From positions 62,001-126,000 of the forward strand of contig CAXHJY010001257.1 in the NCBI GenBank assembly GCA_964016885.1: a stretch of DNA of 64,000 bases. The letters run 5' to 3'. Numbering within the stretch: the stretch's first letter is position 1; each line of letters starts with the position of its first letter. A program made the translations under genes and the position numbers. The notes below the pieces were generated by a model that did no database searches, was not told where the DNA came from, and saw only the letters and a list, made by a program, of their open reading frames with translations. The DNA comes from Eledone cirrhosa. Taxonomy: Eukaryota. Shown here piece by piece: positions 54,396 to 64,000 of this stretch.

Positions 54396-54713
54396 TATAT
54401 ATATATATATATATATATTGGTAAAAGGAAAAGAAAATGCTGACAAATTGTTCCCAGTGAAAAATAGTTTAATTAGGAATAAGTAAAAATTAGTAATAGT
54501 ATTGGTTAGTATTCAGTTTTGGTTTTAAGTTTTTACCGGTTGTGCATTTCTAATGCTTTTCAAAAATAATTTTGAGATAGAGCGCCTGTGATGTTTGCTC
54601 TAATCTGATTAGTTTTGGAAATTCTACCTGTTTTATGTAAAAAAAGTGGCTCCAGAGGTATTAAAATAAGCTTCGCGCTAATTCGTGTTGCAAAAATTCT
54701 TGTGGTCAAAACA

Positions 54714-54770
<57 letters not shown>

Positions 54771-55306
54771 ACCCACACACATATATACATACACTAACAC
54801 ATAAACATACGTACATACACACACACATACATACACACATACATACATACGTACATACACCCATACATCTATATATATATATATATACCTACCCACACAC
54901 ACATATATACATACACTCACACATAAACATACGTACATACACACATACATATATATATATACATATACATATATACATATATATATACATATATATATAT
55001 ATACCTACCCACACACATATATACATACACTCACACATAAACATACGTACATACACACACACATACATACATACGTACATACACACATACATACACCCAT
55101 ACATATATATACATATATATATACATACATATATATATATATACCTACCCACACACATATATACATACACTCACACATAAACATATGTACATACACACAC
55201 ACACATACATACACCCATACATATATATATATACATATATACATATATATATACATATTAAGAGAGTAAAGCAAAGAAGCCTTCAATACATCAAAAGTCT
55301 TTATTA

Positions 55307-55344
55307 GCCGACAATGTTTCGTCCTATTAAGGACTCATCAGGGC
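55307..55344 (-). ncRNA. Minimal type-I hammerhead ribozyme with GUC site
   Basis: GCC-CTGATGA-GTCCT taat AGGAC-GAAAC-ATT-GTC-GGC: canonical core, 5-bp stem II, short stem III, 3-bp stem I. Confidence 0.85.
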
Positions 55345-55473
55345 AATTAAAACAACAAGAAGTAATATACATACATATATATATATACCTACCCACACAC
55401 ACATATATACATATACTCACACATAAACATACGTACATACACACATACATACACCCATACATATATACATATA

Positions 55474-55826
55474 TGGTGGCTGCCAACTCGTTTTCGAGTA
55501 TGGCCACTACTTTCCAGCCAGCGACTTGAAAACTCTGGTACAAACACTACACTTGTGTCAATTATTGACACATAGTGCTGGGCCCATGGTACCATGTGAC
55601 GACAAGTGCAGAGAGATCTCCAGATATAAAGCAATGCCTGTGCCGTGAAGCTTTTATAGTGAGCAAAGGCACTGCACAAAGCCAGTCCCACTCTCTTAAC
55701 CAAGATGATATTTACCAAAAAGAAGAACAAGTCAACATCATTGGATACCATCAGGGTTGAAGGTGTTATATCAGAGTTTTCCTTCTCCTAGAATTCTGCC
55801 TTGACAAAGGCTAAGGGGTCATCTCT
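55474..55826 (-). mobile_element. Non-autonomous RTE derivative (internally deleted copy)
   Basis: Reverse complement of 28613-29020 with a ~58-bp deletion. Confidence 0.7.
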
Positions 55827-55979
55827 ATATACATACATACATATATATATATATACCTACCCCCACACACACACATATACATACACTCACACATAAATAT
55901 ATGTACATACACACATACATACACACGTACATACACACGTACATACACCCATACACATATATATACATATATATATACA

Positions 55980-56014
<35 letters not shown>

Positions 56015-56415
56015 GTGAGTGTACATAGATGCAAACATAAACGCATTTCAGGTTATTCACTTAATATATGTATCCAACTGACCAGACAGAAAGCTTTGGT
56101 AAATGGAATAATTGTCTTATGTTGTTTATCACATAAAATATATATATATATATCTAAACCCATGCTAGCGTGGAAGATGGATGTTAAACGATGATGATGA
56201 TATATTTGTTTGTTTTGCAAGGCTTTTTATATAAAATTGTGTGTTGAAACAAATATAGTTATACTTGGAGGGTCACATTGTAATAATGTTGCCAGAAATA
56301 ATAACAGAACACCCTCACTGTTTGGTTGGTTCTCACTTCTCTATCTTTTATATCTCCATAGTTAATTTATCTGGCAATCAATGTTTATCATTGATTGACC
56401 AACGGTTAAAAATAC

Positions 56416-56452
<37 letters not shown>

Positions 56453-56756
56453 CATCTCCACTGAAAGTTTTCATGAAATAGTCTTTAAGACTATACAGAG
56501 CATTTGAAATTTTTCCAAATTGAAGGATGAGTATTTTAAACTTTATTTTATCATGTGTTAAGGCTCTATTGATTTTTCCCTGGATTTCACTAAATTCTGT
56601 GGATGAATTTATATCCTGATTCTCTTTGAGATGAGTTTGAATTATTTTTCCCACATCTTACGTTAACTATTTTTCCCATTTTGATGCTATAGTCACTTAT
56701 ATATTATGGAGTGCTGTTGGCTTTTCGCTGCAGTGTTTTCTATACCTTTCATTTAT

Positions 56757-57082
56757 ATCATCATCATCATTTCATTTTACGTCCACTTTTCCCTGCTTGC
56801 AAGGGTGGGACGGGAACTGATTCTGGCTTGATTTCTACAGCTGGATGCCCTTCCTAACACCAACCTCATTTACAGTGAGTGCTGGGTGCTTTTTTGCCGT
56901 GGCACCTCCACGAATGATAGGGACCCCAGTCCCTATCATCTCATTTCTACAGCTGAGTAAACTGGAGCAACGTGAAATAAAGTGTCTTGCTCAAGGAAAC
57001 AACACATCACCCGGTCTGAGAATTGAACTCACAACCTTTCGATTGCAAAGCCAATGCTCTAACCACTAAGCCATGTGCCTCC
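56757..57082 (-). mobile_element. SINE family A, full length
   Basis: Matches 2445-2780 with a small deletion. Confidence 0.85.
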
Positions 57083-57321
57083 TTATATATATATTTATAT
57101 ATATATATATATATATGTAATCTATCAAAGTTCTTTCGTCATGCACATGTGACATCATCAGTGGTTTTATTATGTTTCCTCCTGTTGTATTGTAATGCCT
57201 ACGCCATTTTTATTTAATTTATATATTTATTTATTTATTCTTGTCTCTGTCTGTGTTTGAGTCTTTGTGCTTTTGTATTCTATCTTTGTTCACTAGTGTG
57301 TGTTTATATGTGTGTTTTATA

Positions 57322-58146
57322 TATATATATGCCGGTGTACAAGTCGACATTAGGAGCCTAAAAAATCTCTCCAAATCCAGGGATCAACTTGTCCACCAAA
57401 TATAAAATGTGAACCTTTACCACTGAGGGGAAAACAGTGAAACTGCCTGCCTAACACTTGTTGTACACCACTTACCATAACTCTAGCAACCCACCACATT
57501 TATTTCTACTGAATCTCATATTTGTTAAGTCTAACGTAGAGATTATAATAATATCAATGTCTTGCTGTAGCTTATAGTGAGGGTTACCATAGGGTAGGTT
57601 ACTGGAGGGTAGGTTACCATAGGGTAGGTTATCATAGGGTAGGTTACTGGAGGGTAGGTTACCTTAGGGTAGGTTACCATAGGTTTGTTAAGGTTAGTTT
57701 AGGCTGGTTTACTCAGTGAGTTAGAACTCACTTGCAACTGAAGTGTTTTAGAAGCCTTTAGTGCGCCACTATATTCTTTGAATTATTTCCCCTGCAACTG
57801 CCTTATTTTTTAGGTGAATATAGGCCTAAACCGGAATTACACCTCAGTATTTTAGGGGTAGACCTATGTGCCGGCACATACGGTAATTACTTATATAGAT
57901 GAATATAAACAAGGGCTGGACAGGTCCACATAAACTGAGTACTGAAGTGGGGCTACTGACTCCCCCAGAGAAAGGGGTTGCATTAAATAAAGAATGGCAA
58001 GTACATCTAGGGCTGGGGAGATGGTACTGCTCTATTTTTTGGGGTTGTCTCATCCAGCGAATATAGGCCTAAACTTGAATTACACCTCAGTATTTTAAGG
58101 GATCGACTTACATGCCAGATCAACTTGTACGCCATCATATACGGTA
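57322..58146. mobile_element. Tc1/mariner-pogo-type MITE remnant
   Basis: Left end tatatgccggtgtacaagtcgac, right end gatcaacttgtacgccatcatatacggta (imperfect TIR ending CGGTA); internal direct repeat 57817/58059; 15-bp tandem at 57578-57683; similar end at 11981-12010. Confidence 0.5.
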
Positions 58147-58154
58147 TATATATG

Positions 58155-58290
58155 ACGGAGTAGGTAGACCCAGAAAAATCTGGGACAACTTGATAAATTC
58201 CTACCTTACACCAAGACAATGTCACTGGACCGAGATCTTTGGCGCTACGCAGTAATACAGAAGACCCGCCTTGCCCATGTACAAAGCGAA
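58155..58290 (+). mobile_element. Old RTE LINE 3' remnant
   Basis: GVGRPRKIWD...DRDLWRYAVIQKTR. Confidence 0.6.
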
Positions 58291-58444
58291 ACCTACAGTC
58301 AGAAGGCACCTCTTAACCACATATACACCCCAATCCACTACTCCTACCCTATCCTCCCACTCCCACCAACACCAACCTCTCTCTGTAAAGTTGGTACCAC
58401 AACATCCAGTCCAAATGATAATGAGATAATGAGATCGAGATCGT

Positions 58445-58697
58445 GTAGGTGTCACAACAAAACGCACAGTCCACGCTGTAATGTGGCCGTGTAGGTAACA
58501 CGGTAAAAAGTTCCCAGTTCCACACTGTAAATGTGGTTGGTGTCAGGAAGGGCATCCAGCCGTAGAAAGCCTGCCAGATAGTCCTATACGAGCGAGATAC
58601 GGTCACCCGACCAGCCTTGCCTCAAGTGGGACAACTTCCGTCTAACCCATGCGAGCATGGAAAATGGACGTTAAACGATGATGATGATGATGATGAT
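58445..58697 (+). mobile_element. SINE-like family C, unexpanded copy
   Basis: Contains single copies of both the 113-bp unit and the 48-bp unit; (GAT)n tail. Confidence 0.75.
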
Positions 58698-58917
58698 ATC
58701 AAATGTTTGATTTTTGTGCTTCTCAATAAAGAAAAACTCAATAGACTTTCTCCAGAACTATAATAATTCAAATTGATACTTTGAGATCAATGATCGATTA
58801 CATAGATTGATTTTAGGTTGTGGTTTACAAGGTATGAAATAGTGCGAGAGGGAATTTTACTGGTTCCACCTGGATACATGTCTCTCTCTTTCTATCTATC
58901 TCTCTATATATACATAC

Positions 58918-58948
<31 letters not shown>

Positions 58949-59027
58949 TACACACACACACATACACCCCCCCCCCCCACACACACACATACACACATAT
59001 ATATACACACATACATACATACATACA

Positions 59028-59478
59028 TGGTGGCTGCCAACTCGTTTTCGAGTACGGCCACTACTTTATATCCATGTAGGAGAACCCCTACCGATGCGCT
59101 GAACGAGTGACTTTTTAGTCCAGCCAGCGACTTGAAAACTCTGGTACAAACACTACACTTGTGACAATTATTGACACATAGTTCTGGGCCCATGGTATCA
59201 TGTGACAAGTGGAGAGAGATCTCCAGATATAAAACAATGCCTGTGCCGTGAAGCTTTTATAGTGAGCAAAGGCACTGCACAAAGCCAGTCCCACTCTCTT
59301 AACCAAGATGATATTTACCACAAAGAACAAGTCAACATCATTGGATACCATCAGGGTTGCAGGTGTTATATCAGTTTTCCTTCCCCTAGAATTCTGCCTT
59401 GACAAAGGCTAAGGGGTCATCTCTCCTGGTGATTTTGGATGGCCATTGACTCTTAAGAGCTCCTTTGCCCTTTGACAA
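59028..59478 (-). mobile_element. Non-autonomous RTE derivative
   Basis: Reverse complement of 28563-29020. Confidence 0.7.
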
Positions 59479-59559
59479 ACATACATACATACATATATCC
59501 TTTGACAAACATACATACATACATATATCCTTTAATTTTGAATTATCATCCTCATCTTT

Positions 59560-60605
59560 ATTGTTATCGTTTAACATCCATCTTCTACGCTAGCATGGGT
59601 TGGACAGGTTTGTCCCACTTTAGGCAAGATTGATTGGGTGACTGTGTCTTGCTCGTACAGAACTCTCTCTGGCAGGTTTTCTACAGCTGGATGCCTTTCC
59701 TAATGCCAACCACATTTACAGTGTGGACTGGGAGCTTTTTACCATGTCTCCTACATGACTACTTTACAGTGTAGGCTGGTCACTTTTTGTTGTGACACCT
59801 ACATGACTACTTTACAGTGTAGGCTGGTCACTTTTTGTTGTGACACTTACATGACCACTTTACAGTGTGGACTGGGTACTTTTTGTTGTGACACCTACAT
59901 GACCACTTTACAGTGTGGACTGGGTACTTTTTGTTGTGACACCTACATGACCACTTTACAGTGTGGACTGGGTACTATTTGTTGTGACACCTACATGACC
60001 ACTTTACAGTGTGGACTGGGTACTTTTTGTTGTGACACCTACATGACCACTTTACAGTGTGGACTGGGTGTTGTTTGTTGTGACACCTACATGACCACTT
60101 TACAGTGTGGACTGGGTACTTTTTGTTGTGACACCTACATGACCACTTTACAGTGTGGACTGGGTACTTTTTGTTGTGACACCTACATGACCACTTTACA
60201 GTGTGGACTGGGTACTATTTGTTGTGACACCTACATGACCACTTTACAGTGTGGACTGGGTACTATTTGTTGTGACACCTACATGACCACTTTACAGTGT
60301 GGACTGGGTACTTTTTGTTGTGACACATACATGACCACTTTACAGTGTGGACTGGGTACTATTTGTTGTGACACCTACATGACCACTTTACAGTGTGGAC
60401 TGGGTACTATTTGTTGTGACACCTACATGACCACTTTACAGTGTGGACTGGGTACTTTTTGTTGTGACACCTACATGACCACTTTACAGTGTGGACTGGG
60501 TGTTGTTTGTTGTGACACCTACATAACCACTTTACAGTGTGGACTGGGTGTTGTTTGTTGTGACACCTACATGACCACTTTACAGTGTGGACTGGGTACT
60601 TTTTA
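59560..60605 (-). repeat. Family C element with 48-bp tandem array (~18 copies, 59715-60603)
   Basis: Unit actttacagtgtggactgggtactttttgttgtgacacctacatgacc. Confidence 0.92.
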
Positions 60606-61224
60606 CCGTTCATAGCAAAGCTTCACCCTCATAGAACATACAGGTGGAGAAATATAAGGATTCCAACAGTTAAATTAAGAAAGAGTTGGGATGTGTGTGT
60701 GATGGGCTTCTGTATAGTTCCTGCCTGACAACTATCATTGTTGATATTGGGACCTATGTACAACATGGAAGTGCAACTGATTCCTTATTTACTCTGATGA
60801 CACATTGCACAACACAGCACTAGAGAGAACTACTAGAGTTATTTCTGACATTTAGATACTGGGGTAACCAGCTGTTCCCCACCCCCCTCCTGACACACAT
60901 TATATATATACATACATATATATATATATATATAGTTACACACACATTCACACACCTACATATACACACACCTATATATACACACACACATGTATATATA
61001 TACACATATATATATATATACACATACATATATATACATATATATATATATGTATATATATGTATGTGTATATATATACATATGTGTATATATATATATG
61101 TATGTGTATATATATACATATGTGTATATATATATATGTGTGTGTGTGTATATATATATATATATAGTTACATTCACACACACACGTTAGCATGGAAGAT
61201 GGACATTAAACACTGATGATGACA

Positions 61225-62562
<1,338 letters not shown>

Positions 62563-63637
62563 AGAGAGACTCGTGAGGACCTGATTAAGTTTGTAAATGA
62601 AATATTTAAATAAGTTGAAATACCAAGAGTCACGAGTATTGGAGCTATTTTGAGGTGGTGGAGCATCTTGTGTCCTATCATGTGTACTGCTTGTGGTGGT
62701 GGGGTGGTGTTGTGGTGTGGTGGAGGTAGTGTGGTGGTGGTGGTGTTGTGGTGTGGTGGAGGTAGTGTGCTGGTGATGGTGGTGGGATGGTGTCATGTGG
62801 TGGTGGTGGTGTGGTGGAGGTAGTGTGATGGTGGAGGTGGTGGGATGGTGTCATGTGGTGGTGGCGGTGGTGTTGTGATGGTGGTGGTGTGGTGGAGGTA
62901 GTGTGGTGGTGGTGGTGGGGTGGTGTCATGTGGTGGAGGTAGTGTGCTGTTGATGGTGGAGGTGGTTTGATGGTGGTATGTGGTGGTGGTGGTGTGGTGG
63001 AGGTAGTGTGCTGTTGATGGTGGAGGTGGTTTGATGGTGTCATGTGGTGGTAAGGTGGTGGTGGGGTAAGGTGGTGTTATGTCCAAGGAAGATTGGTAAG
63101 TTGGTTGATAGTGAGATAGCTAGCTAGATCTCTAAGCCATCATCATCATCGACACAACCGTTATTACCATCACCATCATCACTATCATCATCACCATCAC
63201 CACCACCATCACCACCACCACCATCACCACTTCCACTACCACCACTACCATCATCACCACCACCATCATCACTACCACCATCACCACCATCACCATCACC
63301 ATCACCCATCACCACCATCACCACTACCATCACCACCACCACCACTACCACCATCACCACCATCACCACCCTCCTCACCACCACCACTCCCCCCATCACC
63401 ACCCTTACCCCCCCACACCCCCACCGCCACCATCACCACCACCAGTATCAATATTAAGATTTTAATTTTTAATGTGATGCAGTCATTGTACTTTACAAGA
63501 ATGCTTTGTTAATGTGGTTTGATGGGGTACAGGAGGTTAACCCTTTCATTAGAAATATGGTAGTATTTGGAACATAACTTAACAAAGGATCTTACATAAA
63601 ATTCTCTCTCTCTCACGGTATGTGTGGTGTGTCCATA

Positions 63638-63797
63638 CCATCATTTTACGTCCGCTTTTTCCCTGCTTGCAAGGGTGGGACGGGAACTGATTCTGGCTTG
63701 ATTTCTACAGCTGGATGCCCTTCCTAACACCAACCTCATTTACAGTGAGTGCTGGGTGCTTTTTTGCCGTGGCACCTCCATGACCACCTTGCAGTGT
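63638..63797 (-). mobile_element. SINE family A, 3' part
   Basis: Tail and body match. Confidence 0.8.
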
Positions 63798-63811
63798 GGG
63801 GGGGGGGGGGG

Positions 63812-64000
63812 GGCATATTGTCTATATGCTTCAGCTTGTACCCATGGGAGGTCGGGTGCTCTGTATTACTGCGTGACGCCAGAGGTCACGGTCGTGTGTC
63901 ATCACCATTGAGAGGTGTAATTGGGTAAGGTCGGCTTTTATCACCTCATCCCAGGTCATCTTGGGTCTCCCCACTCCACGGTTTCCATCGACTTCTAGTG
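63812..64000 (-). mobile_element. RTE LINE 3' end (runs off the window)
   Basis: LEVDGNRGVGRPKMTWDEVIKADL...DRDLWRHAVIQSTR*. Confidence 0.75.

Noticed and set aside
56452-56654. 82-aa minus-strand ORF with protein-like composition
   Set aside because: No recognisable motif or clear splice sites; runs into a (TA)n tract.
57578-57705. TAGGGT-rich tract as telomeric repeat
   Set aside because: It is a 15-bp unit (agggtaggttaccat) inside a MITE-like element, not (TTAGGG)n.

Overview
Eukaryotic, extremely repeat-dense genomic DNA. The SINE tails, RTE fragments and microsatellite load resemble an octopus/cephalopod genome (inference, not a database match). The only convincing intact genes belong to one full-length L1/Tx1-clade LINE (about 19293-24906; ORF1 with a gag zinc knuckle, ORF2 APE-RT-CCHC). 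It has no poly(A) and sits between two (TCTG)n tracts, which suggests microsatellite targeting. The rest is tRNA-headed SINEs sharing their tail with an RTE LINE, truncated RTE and Ingi/Vingi-like LINE pieces, MITE/Helitron-like remnants, microsatellites and at least eight minisatellite/satellite arrays (35-113 bp units, up to 11.9 kb), most of which grew inside TE segments. Less obvious signals: (1) several different type-I hammerhead ribozyme cores, mostly inside long inverted repeats, pointing to non-coding Penelope-like elements; (2) a TSD-flanked, 5'-inverted (twin-priming-type) RTE insertion; (3) two different satellites built on the same palindromic seed, one with a 2685-bp higher-order duplication. 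Nearly all other ORFs in the track are translations of simple repeats. One possible host exon (9049-9167, minus) is low confidence.
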